This document shows, in pieces, positions 54,300 through 64,000 of a DNA stretch of 64,000 bases. The notes beneath the pieces were generated by a model. It was not told the origin of the DNA, did not search any database, and saw only the letters and a list, made by a program, of their open reading frames with translations. The translations under genes were made by a program, and so were the position numbers. Position 1 is the stretch's first letter. Each line of letters opens with the position of its first letter. Source of the DNA: Octopus sinensis (taxonomy: Eukaryota); the NCBI RefSeq assembly GCF_006345805.1, contig NC_042999.1, forward strand, positions 168,826,001 through 168,890,000, written 5' to 3'.

Positions 54300-54836
54300 T
54301 GTTTAAATAAAAAAAGAAAACAAAAAATGGAACAAGAATGAGAATGTAACAGGCAACAAGAAAATATCCGGACAGTTAGCTGATACAAAAAAGGACAGGA
54401 AAAACAAGGACAAGTCATTCGGAGCTTCCTATCTTAAGTCCAGTACCAGACCATCATTGCAGTTTCGGCTGGTTACACTCATGACTGCTCCAGTCTGGCA
54501 GGCTCCAAGAAAATCTAAGCTAAGAGCACTAGACTCCTTGGAAGAAAGCAAGTGAATATATACAAAAGCAAGGATGAAAAAAAATTGGAGAAATGCTACA
54601 CAATTATAAATACAAACAACAGGACATTAACAACAGGTGTCTTTCGACTAAGAATGAATTAAATTAAGCTGGCATATGTGGGAGTGAAGCCTTACAGCAG
54701 GGACATAAGAGATGAAAGTCGTGGGAAGGAATATAAGAGATGCTACACAGATGATAGTCAAACCAAGAAAGAAAGGTGTACACACACACACACACACACA
54801 CACACCACACACACACACACACACGCACACACATAA

Positions 54837-56041
54837 TACAGGCTATCTTAAAAATGTAAGCATACATTGAATGATTATAAAGTCAGTGTTTATGAAAATA
54901 CAATTTATTTTCAAAATTTGATAGAATCTAGATACAGAATTTCTTTTTTTTTTATGAATGCCAGTTTTCAAAGTCGTGACCATTCTCTGTCCAGGCACTG
55001 CTGATGATGTGAAGCAATGAAACTGTGAACATCAAGAAACGCTTCATTCAGTGTTTAAGCACATTTTTGTTCAATGGCTCTCTTGAATTTGTTGATTGTT
55101 GCAGGTTTTGTACCGCAAACTTTATCTTTTAAGTATCCCCACAAAACAATCTAATGATGTGAGTTCCATTGAAGACAGAGGGTATTCTACTGAAACTCTG
55201 TTTTGCAAAATTTCATCAAGGATGGCTCTTACATTAGTATGGTATCGTAGGGGAAGGACCTTCTTGCTGAAAATATGATTCCACACCTTTAAAGTCCTCT
55301 TGAATGCTTTGCATGACAGATTGTCATGTTTCACCATGTTCAAGTAAATGGTATCAGTCAAAGATCCATCAAAAATGAATCATCCATTTACTCCTTTTGT
55401 TGATAAGCCACACCGTATTGTAACCCCTGTTAACTAACATTACGTTCCTCCATAATATGCACCAGTAAGTGCAGTTGTGGTGGTTAATTGAACCATTTGA
55501 TTTAAATGTAGCCCCATCACCCCAGACAATCTTTGTAGCAAAGAATGTATTTTCTACACATCTTGCTAAGTACCACTCACAAAAACCACTCTCGGCTCCA
55601 GATCATCTTCATTGAGATCATGGACTATTCTTAGAATGTAACTTTTCCAATGATTGCACTTCAAAATGTGATGGACACTTGATTTTGAAATTTCTATTTC
55701 ATAACTCACTTGTTGCACAGATTTCCTTGAACTCTAGCAATTCATTTCTTTCTTGCTTTGTGTAGCTCATCTATGTAGTCTTTCAGAATGTTGCTTATGG
55801 ACATTCTGAACAGTTTTGTCTCAAATCCAAGTGATAAGTCACATAGGTTAACCTGTTTGAAACACTCTCCTAAATTGTCATAGCACTTTGACTGCATTTT
55901 CAAACTTCCAGTGCTACTTAAGTATACATTTCCTTCATTCAAAGCTTAATCTGTCCCCCCACCCCCTTTGTTATTTCTAATGGGTTAAATCATGAGTCAT
56001 CAGCTGTAAAATGTGTATTCATTTTAGGAGGAGGCCCTGTA
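54837..56041 (-). mobile_element. Decayed Tc1/mariner element (DUF4817/rosa-like)
   Basis: [57 protein letters not shown]. Degenerate TACAGG../..CCTGTA ends. Confidence 0.7.
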
Positions 56042-56049
56042 TGTACATA

Positions 56050-56320
56050 TACATGGCCTGGCTCTCCATCACTTACAACAACGAATGTTCCAGTTGAATT
56101 TGATCAACCAAGCAGCATGCTCATGGCTGAGTACTACACAGAAACATGTACCTTTAATGTAGTTCTTGGGGAGATTCAACATGACATAGAATGTGACAAG
56201 GCTGACCCTTTGAATTACAGGTACAACTAATTTTTACCTGGTGAGTAGACTGGAACAACAGAAAATAAACTGCACAAGGACACAACATGCTGCCAGGAAT
56301 CGAACTGATGGCCTTACAAC
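56050..56320 (-). mobile_element. tRNA-derived SINE family 4 fragment
   Basis: Reverse strand has B-box gttcgattcc followed by tgttgtgtccttg core. Confidence 0.55.
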
Positions 56321-57669
56321 ATATATACATATATATATACAACATATATACATACATACGCATATGATTACATACATGCACACAAATCTGTATATGAGTA
56401 TGCATACATGTATGTTCCGACTATATTATCAATGTGTTATTCTTCATTTAAGATAGCAGCGTGTGATCTAAGGGAAATATGGTTGTTATTTCAAGCAGGC
56501 CAAGTGACTGCATACAAGTTTCTTCTTTGGCTTACACAAATTTTAATTTTTAAGCAGAAATGTCCTTTGAGCACTGATAAATATCTGCTAAGTACTGGAT
56601 TGATCTCACTAACTCTGCCTTTCCTACTGAAATATGTGGCCTTGCACCAACAGGGACAATCAATACAAATTAAAACAAATATATTTTGGAGATACTCATG
56701 TATTTTTTATTGAAAAAGTGTTATTTAGGCTTGTATCAACCCTTATTGAGCAAACTTATCAAAAACTTTCCAGCTATAGCCATCATGTTTTTTAGAGGTA
56801 TCTAGAATTACGTTTCCTGATGTGTCCTTTCCTACTTTTAAGATGTAATTTGTGGATGAATTGGCTGCTATTTCAAGTAAATTCAATGATTGCCTAGATA
56901 ATCTCTAGTTATTTTACTGTCACTTCAATAACAATTTGAAGAGCTAAATTTTTTGACAGCATACAAAGTGCCTTTACAATGTAATTTAATAGAAAGCTTT
57001 ATTCCAGGTTAGCTTCAACCAGCTTTGATGAATTGTCCAGCTACTGCCTCTCTATGTTGGTAAACCATCATTTTATGCATCAAGTGGTTTTGTTTCTTTA
57101 TAAAGTACATGTGAACACAAGAAACTAATTCTTGTTTGAGCTCCGGTCAATAATGGCACATTTTCTTTTATTGTTTCTGTTATAATTTTCAATGTTCAAA
57201 GCTTGATGGCTAAATTGCTTGGTTACAAGTTCTCCTTCAAAAGAAGATTCATGCAATTAGATAGTTATTATTAGTTCTATTCTTCTTAATAAAAAGAAAT
57301 CATTATGGTTTTAATAGAAAATCACCACCACCAAGGAGAAGAACAAGGGGAAAAGAAAAGCAGATGGAAGAATAATAATGTTTAATTCTGATTGTGTTTA
57401 TTGATTTATCTGGTTGGTACTTTTTATCCTACTGTTAATGTCTTGAACACTGAAGTGAATAAAAGTCGGTTTTTATTCATTCATATGTGTGCGTGTGTGT
57501 GTGTGTGTCTGTGTGTGTGTGTGTGCATGCATGTGTGTGTGCATGCATGTGTGTGTGTATATGTATGTGTGTATCTATACATACATGCATAAGTAAATAA
57601 ATACACACACACACACACACACACACACAGTCTACATTTGTTATTATAGTTTTGTTTTTTGATTGAACC

Positions 57670-58370
57670 AGAATTATGAACAAGGAAGACCTAAAGACAA
57701 GAAAGGGAGGAGGAGGAGAAAGAGAAGAATCAGAATGAAAGAAAGACAGGAAAAGCAAGTTGAAAACAAAGGGAAGTGGTTAGAAAACAAAAGAAAAAGA
57801 GTGAAGAGGAAAGACAAGTGAGAAACAAAAAGAAAATGAATGACAGGGGAAGAAAAAGCAACTGAAAGAATGAAAGGGAAAGAAGAAAAATGCATAAATA
57901 GAAACAAAGAAAGAAAAAAGGAAAAGAAACAAAATGAATGGATGGCAAGGAAAAGATTTAGAAAGAAACAAAAGTGAATGAGAGTAAGAAGAAGAAGAAG
58001 AACGAGTCAGAGGTAGGAACAAAAGAAGAAGGAAAAAATAAAAGGTAAATCAATAGGAAGTGGGGGGAGTATGAAGATGATGCTGATGATGATGATGCAA
58101 TTGACCTTTGAAACTAAAAGAAGACAATGATAAAACGAAAACTGAGAAGAGCAAAAAGAATGACCAGAAGAGAATAGGGAAAACGGGGGGGGGGAGAAAG
58201 TATATGAAATGAGTATAAAACAGATGGAGAATGATAAAAAGGGAATGAAAAGGTGTGACACAGAGATAAAGAAGGAGAGAAGGAAAAACAAAGAAAGAAA
58301 TAGATATCTTATATGAGTATGAGAGAGGGAGAGAGAGAGAGAGAGAAGTGGGAGTGAGTGAACTAGAAAT
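57670..58370. repeat. Purine-rich low-complexity tract
   Basis: Read directly (GA/GAA-rich). Confidence 0.85.
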
Positions 58371-58515
58371 ACAGAACCATATAATCATCAATTCATTGTT
58401 TTTAATTGATTGTACAAGAACAATTATCTGTACTTTTCTCTTTCTTTTTACTTAACTTTTTTACACCGAATGACACTTACCTTTCACGTCACTTATTCTC
58501 ATACTTCGATACAAA

Positions 58516-59030
58516 TCTATATATATAAAACTGTAGTTGTGTGAGTGTCTGTCCCCTTCGATTTAGATTCCTAACTCCTCCCACATTTTGCGGTGCAGTT
58601 TAACCAAATTCGGGTATCTTATAGTCGTGATTCATATCGAGCCCGTCTGGCTATTAGCACGCGTCTACGATGAGTCTACGATTTTAAAAATAATTTAACA
58701 TCATTTTTTATTCCATTTTAATGCATAATTTTTCGTGTGTCGATGGCGGCGGAGTTGGCGTCCATGGTCACACCTGCACCTGTGTTTGCTTCTTCCCCTT
58801 CTTCCCTCCCTCGTGAAGCTGTGGGGAAGGGAGTGTAAGGAAATCAACGTCGTAAAGCGTTGTCAAGGAGACCAGCGTTCTTTTAGAACAACGACTTCAT
58901 GGCTTGAAGACACCAAAACAGAAATGGCTAAAAAAGCCCGAATTGGCATCTATAAGGGAAGTAACTCTCTAAAAATGCTTATATAGTTATTTCCCTTACA
59001 AACCCGAGCAACGCCGGGCGATACTGCTAG
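58516..59030 (+). mobile_element. Non-autonomous Helitron family B, copy 2 (515 bp)
   Basis: Same termini as 53787-54299 and near-identical to it. Confidence 0.92.
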
Positions 59031-59392
59031 TATACACATAAAAATCAACACTTACAACTCTGCCTTCTGTCTCTTCTCCAACACCACTGAAGCCTACACA
59101 CAGTAGCTCAAACTGCTAGAAATAACCAAATCTTCCAATTGCTACCACCTTAAAAATGAATATATTCCATAACTCAGTACTGGATATTTGCTGTGCATGA
59201 AAATGGATTGCTCATTATCATTTTTTTCCGTGGTTCGAATGTCATTCAAATGATAGAAAATTCACCTTGCCATACTGGAACTGACAATAAATTCAGGGTG
59301 AATACAATAAATTCAGGGTGAATCTTTTATGATAAAAGGCAGATTTTCTCTGCCTCCCAAACCGTTCGTTTTTTATACAATTCTACAATATA

Positions 59393-59925
59393 GAATTTCT
59401 TCAATTGGAATTTACCTATCATTTTTCCAAGTAGATTCCATTAGGTCATGGCATGTAAAGTTTTTTCAATTTCACCCCCAATTAAGCAAAAATTCAAGAA
59501 AACTCAATATTTTACGATTTCCCTCTTTCATTTCAAGTGCTTCACTCCTACCATTACCACCACACTTTCTGCTACTTTCTCTTTGCAAGTGTGCAACAAT
59601 TAAAGTGAAAGTATTTATATAACAGGGATGAACTGCTTCACTCATGCTATCACCCTAATTTCTCCTACTTTCTCTTTGCAAGTGTACCTTAAACCACTAC
59701 TCAAAAAAAAATACACAGCAAACAGAAACAAATAAATACATAACGATTTACTCCTCACACAATTTCTTCAATTAGAGTTTACCTATGATTTTTCCAAGTA
59801 CATTCCAGTCGGTCATGGCATACAAATTTCTTTCAATTTGACCCCCAATTAAGCAAAAATTCGAGAAAACTCAATATTTTACGATTTCCCTCTTTCACTT
59901 CAAAGGCTTTACTCTGCCTATTACT
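59393..59925. repeat. ~160 bp diverged direct repeat upstream of the Helitron ORF
   Basis: 59393-59555 is similar to 59761-59925. Confidence 0.8.
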
Positions 59926-60034
59926 CCCACTTCCTCTTTACACACATAGACACGCAAACATATACATATATGACAGTGTCAATTGTTGAAAGAAAATTGT
60001 AAGCTAACGTGTGTGTGTGTGTGTGTGCGTGTGT

Positions 60035-60080
<46 letters not shown>

Positions 60081-60966
60081 CAGGGATGAGCCATTCATAC
60101 GGGATCTTCTCTTTGCTAGAAGAAGATCCCGTATGGTCTTATATGCTACACCACTGGTTTTCAATTCATATTAATCAAATTAATATTCAATTTTTCACCC
60201 TTATTATGTGTGTGTGTATTAGCAATTCGTATAAAATTGCATCAATGACTTGAACTTGAATAAGTTGTTTCACATAAATGGGGATAAATTAAAAAGGTTT
60301 GTTATTATTATTACTGTTTCACTATTGTAATCACGTGGCATGTAAAGTTTATAGCTGCAACACATTATATATACCGTACTTAACACACACCATGACACAC
60401 CACAAATGTACCTTGAACGAGCCTGGTTCCATTTCGGACAACTGCACAAACATTTGCCATTTGACACATGTATGTAAACAAATTCTTTTCTTAAAAATTT
60501 CAATTCATTTTCTTTTTCAATTTACGTTTCTATACACTTTACGCAAATATTTGATTAAACAACTAAAACATTTCACATTTCGAACATGTACGTAAACTAC
60601 TTCCATTCTTACAAATCTAACTTTATTTTCTTGCTTTTAACTCAACTTTCAATACACTTTACACAGTCTGTCGCTATACTTGCATAAAAAATTTCTTCCA
60701 GCTGCAAATATTTCTTTCTTTTCCTTCCACGGCTAACATTTTTCCACATTTCATTCACATTACAATTTCTATCTTTAAGTAACTTTCACCCTTTCTTTTT
60801 CACATAAAATGCCGGCCGCCATACTGCAGCAGCAGCGGCGCAAAAGGCGATTATCGCAAACGAGTCTTCCGACAAAAACGCTTTCAGACTTTCACAGAGC
60901 GCCTTACGTTCTGCGCAATCACGAGCTGCTGAAAATTTACAACAGCGCAACGCACGCCTAGCAAAA

Positions 60967-63864
60967 ATGGCTTCATACGATGCTGCTTCCAGGGCTTCAG
61001 AGGATCCGGAAACAAGGTCGAAGCGCATGGCCATAAAGGCTTCTGCTGTTGCTGCACAAAGGGCTTCAGAGGACCCACAACAAAGGGCCACTCGACTGGC
61101 AACAAACGCTGCGGCTACTGCTGCTTCAACATTTTCGACACATTCCCACGACTCAGACCAGCAACGTTCTACATTCCAGCGGAACAGTCGACGCCGCGAG
61201 GCTACCCGCGATCCGACGAGTCCAAACAGCCCTTACTGGCATCTACGGGCTTTCAAGTATGAGCCCAACTTCAATTACTCGATGCACGCTGACATGAATA
61301 TTGGGGAAATGTGCTTCAATTGCCAATTCTGCAATGCTAAAAAGTGGGCTGGGGAACCACCTGCAATGTGCTGCTTAAACGGTAAGGTCAGCTTGTCCCC
61401 TCTTCGGGTGCTGCCAGACCCTTTGAAGGAATTACTTAATGGTTCCACCTCAAGGTCATCAAAATTCCTTCAACTCATCAGGAAGTACAATTGTGCATTT
61501 CAGATGACTTCTTTCGGGGCTAACGTTGTCAGAGAAACTGGTTGGATGCCTACTTTCAAGGTCCAGGACCAGGTGTATCACCTTATTGGGTCACTCCAGC
61601 CACTACAAAATTGCAAACCTTCGTTCCTTCAAATTTATTTCATTACAAATTACAATAGGCAACTTGATTTGCGTTTCGGTGTAATTCCACAACCTGCAAA
61701 CACTGACGCTGACAATTTCGACAGGGACGTGCTGCTCAGTCTGCAAAACATGCTTCATGACCACAACAGCTATATTCGCAGTTTCAAATACGCCTTGGAA
61801 ACAGCCCCTTCACCAACATTCACCATTGTCATCGATGCTGACAAAAGGCCTTCTGGGGAGCACGCGCGCCGATATAACGCTCCTTCGTGCAATGAAGTGG
61901 CCATAGTTCTCCATGGTGAACAGCACAATCAGCGAGACATAGTTCTTCAAAGCCGCGACAGTGGTCTTCAGCGTATTAATGAGACGCATCGGTCATATGA
62001 CGCCCTGCAGTATCCCCTTCTTTTTCCGTATGGAGAAGACGGGTACCATTTCGGCATTCCTCACCACAAACCAAACGAGCCCTCGGCTGCGACATCTAAA
62101 ACTGTTTCATGTATGGCTTTTTACTCATACCGCTTCATGACAAGGCATAATGATTTCAACCCCCTGCACAGATCACGGGAACTGTTTCACCAGTTGGCAG
62201 TTGACATGGCTGCAAAGATGGAGTCCGAGAGACTGGGCTTCATCAAATTGAATCAGAAGCAGCTGCGCTCAGACTCCTACATCCATTTGCGTGATGGCAT
62301 CAGGAATGACACTGACGCCCGCAATATCGGCAAAATGTGCATTCTCCCCTCAACCTATACAGGGGGCCCACGGTACATGCACGAGCGAACACAAGACGCT
62401 ATGACTTACGTTCGGCATTATGGGCGACCCGATTTATTCATTACCTTTACATGTAACCCAAAGTGGTTTGAGGTAACGCGAGAACTTCTCCCAGAGCAGC
62501 AGTACTGTCATCGCCATGATATTATTGCAAGGGTTTTCAGGCAGAAACTGGCTAAGCTCATTCATTTAATAAAAAAAGGGCAGGTTTTTGGGCCTGTTAA
62601 CTGCCACATGTATACTGTTGAGTGGCAGAAAAGAGGGTTGCCACACGCGCACATTTTGCTTTGGTTGGTCAACAAAATAGACCCAACAGATTTTGATGAT
62701 CTCATTGCAGCAGAAATTTCGGACCCAACTGTTGACCGGCAGCTGTACGACATTGTGAAGGCACACATGGTACACGGTCCGTGCGGTCCTGGTTTTCAAA
62801 AGTTCTCCTCATGCCACAAAGACCACGTGTGCACTAAACGGTACCCAAAGAGGTTCGTGGACGAGACCCAGACCGGCCGCGACGAATACCCACTGTACAG
62901 AAGAAGGCACCCTGACAATGGTGGATTCACTATAACGTTACGGGGTCATCAAGTGGATAATAGGTGGGTAGTGCCGTACTGTCCATTTCTGATGAAATCT
63001 TTTAATGCTCACATAAATGTGGAGTTCTGTCATTCAGTCAAGTCTATAAAGTATATATGTAAATATGTTAACAAGGGTTCTGACGCTGCCATGTTTGGCC
63101 TTCAAAAGGCCAATAGCATGGATGAGGTGTCACAGTACTTGGCAGGTCGGTACATAAGCAGTGGTGAAGCTTTTTGGCGGATATTCGGGTTTCCACTTCA
63201 CCAAAGGCACCCCGCCATCATACAACTAGCAGTTCATTTGGAAAATGGCCAACGAACTTACTTTACTGAACAGACTGATGCACAATTGGCGGCCAATCCA
63301 AAAGAAACAACTTTGACCGGTTTCTTTAGGCTTTGCCAACTTGACACATTTGCTAAAACACTTTTATACCCTCAGGTCCCGTCCTACTACGTGTGGTCAA
63401 ACAACAATTGGGTGCGTAGGAAGTCGGGTCAGGATGTTGAAGGACATCCTGGTGTCAAGTTTAACAGTTGTCTAGGAAGAGTCTACACTGTACCTCCAAA
63501 CCAACATGACTGTTTTCACCTGCGCCTTCTCCTCCATGAGGTTTTAGGCCCACAAAGTTTTCAAGACATCAGAACTGTTGATGGTGTATTATGTGATACT
63601 TTCCGCGAAGCCTGTTTTCGGCGTCGACTTTTGGAGGATGATTCACAATGGGGCGCCACTATGGCAGAAGGTGTTTCATTAAAATCTCCTAAAAAAATCA
63701 GATCGCTTTTCGCTATTCTACTACTATGGTGTGACTTGGCTGATCCCGCCTCTTTATGGCTTACCTACAAAGATGATATGGCTGAAGATTTCCTGCGTCA
63801 CGCTCAATCGCTACATCCATCAATGGAGGTCGGGTACACTGACCTCATTTACAACAGTCTATAA
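60967..63864 (+). CDS. Helitron Rep (HUH endonuclease) ORF, 965 aa, truncated before the helicase
   Basis: Zn-finger C..C.AKKW.GE...MCC..GKV; YNCAFQMTS; [10 protein letters not shown]; motif [14 protein letters not shown]; HUH motif [15 protein letters not shown]; [10 protein letters not shown]. Confidence 0.93.
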   Translation: MASYDAASRASEDPETRSKRMAIKASAVAAQRASEDPQQRATRLATNAAATAASTFSTHSHDSDQQRSTFQRNSRRREATRDPTSPNSPYWHLRAFKYEPNFNYSMHADMNIGEMCFNCQFCNAKKWAGEPPAMCCLNGKVSLSPLRVLPDPLKELLNGSTSRSSKFLQLIRKYNCAFQMTSFGANVVRETGWMPTFKVQDQVYHLIGSLQPLQNCKPSFLQIYFITNYNRQLDLRFGVIPQPANTDADNFDRDVLLSLQNMLHDHNSYIRSFKYALETAPSPTFTIVIDADKRPSGEHARRYNAPSCNEVAIVLHGEQHNQRDIVLQSRDSGLQRINETHRSYDALQYPLLFPYGEDGYHFGIPHHKPNEPSAATSKTVSCMAFYSYRFMTRHNDFNPLHRSRELFHQLAVDMAAKMESERLGFIKLNQKQLRSDSYIHLRDGIRNDTDARNIGKMCILPSTYTGGPRYMHERTQDAMTYVRHYGRPDLFITFTCNPKWFEVTRELLPEQQYCHRHDIIARVFRQKLAKLIHLIKKGQVFGPVNCHMYTVEWQKRGLPHAHILLWLVNKIDPTDFDDLIAAEISDPTVDRQLYDIVKAHMVHGPCGPGFQKFSSCHKDHVCTKRYPKRFVDETQTGRDEYPLYRRRHPDNGGFTITLRGHQVDNRWVVPYCPFLMKSFNAHINVEFCHSVKSIKYICKYVNKGSDAAMFGLQKANSMDEVSQYLAGRYISSGEAFWRIFGFPLHQRHPAIIQLAVHLENGQRTYFTEQTDAQLAANPKETTLTGFFRLCQLDTFAKTLLYPQVPSYYVWSNNNWVRRKSGQDVEGHPGVKFNSCLGRVYTVPPNQHDCFHLRLLLHEVLGPQSFQDIRTVDGVLCDTFREACFRRRLLEDDSQWGATMAEGVSLKSPKKIRSLFAILLLWCDLADPASLWLTYKDDMAEDFLRHAQSLHPSMEVGYTDLIYNSL

Positions 63865-64000
63865 GTCTATCGATACAACTCCTTGACCCAGAGGACGTCA
63901 TCAACTATCCAATAGAGGTACTCAATTCCGTTGAGCCCCCCGGACTACCACCACACATTCTCAAACTTAAAGTTGGTGCCCCTATAATGCTCATTAGAAA
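63860..64000 (+). pseudogene. Out-of-frame PIF1 helicase fragment of the Helitron
   Basis: [41 protein letters not shown]. Runs off the window. Confidence 0.9.

Overview
AT-rich, repeat-saturated animal DNA. It is most likely an octopus or other cephalopod genome, which I infer from the SINE families and the density of (TA)n, (TACA)n and (TAA)n. I could support no host protein-coding gene. Nearly all listed ORFs are microsatellite read-throughs or transposon fragments. The window holds: decayed hAT and Tc1/mariner transposons; several Penelope-like element (PLE) fragments; RTE, CR1-group, R4/Dong-like and HERO-like LINE fragments; a decayed Gypsy element; at least four tRNA-derived SINE types; non-autonomous Helitrons; and a Helitron Rep ORF with most of its PIF1 helicase deleted. 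The main unannotated signal is RNA structure. I read about 9 intact or near-intact hammerhead ribozyme (HHR) motifs and about 10 relics or half-sites. Most sit in short non-coding PLE-derived (retrozyme-like) elements whose fold-back junctions fall on ribozyme helices. The most unusual item is a motif just 3' of a HERO-like LINE ORF (40964-41014). It has all hammerhead core nucleotides plus stems I and III, but its strand order fits none of types I-III. All calls were made by eye. No alignment, folding or database search was run, so element boundaries are approximate and no ribozyme activity is shown.
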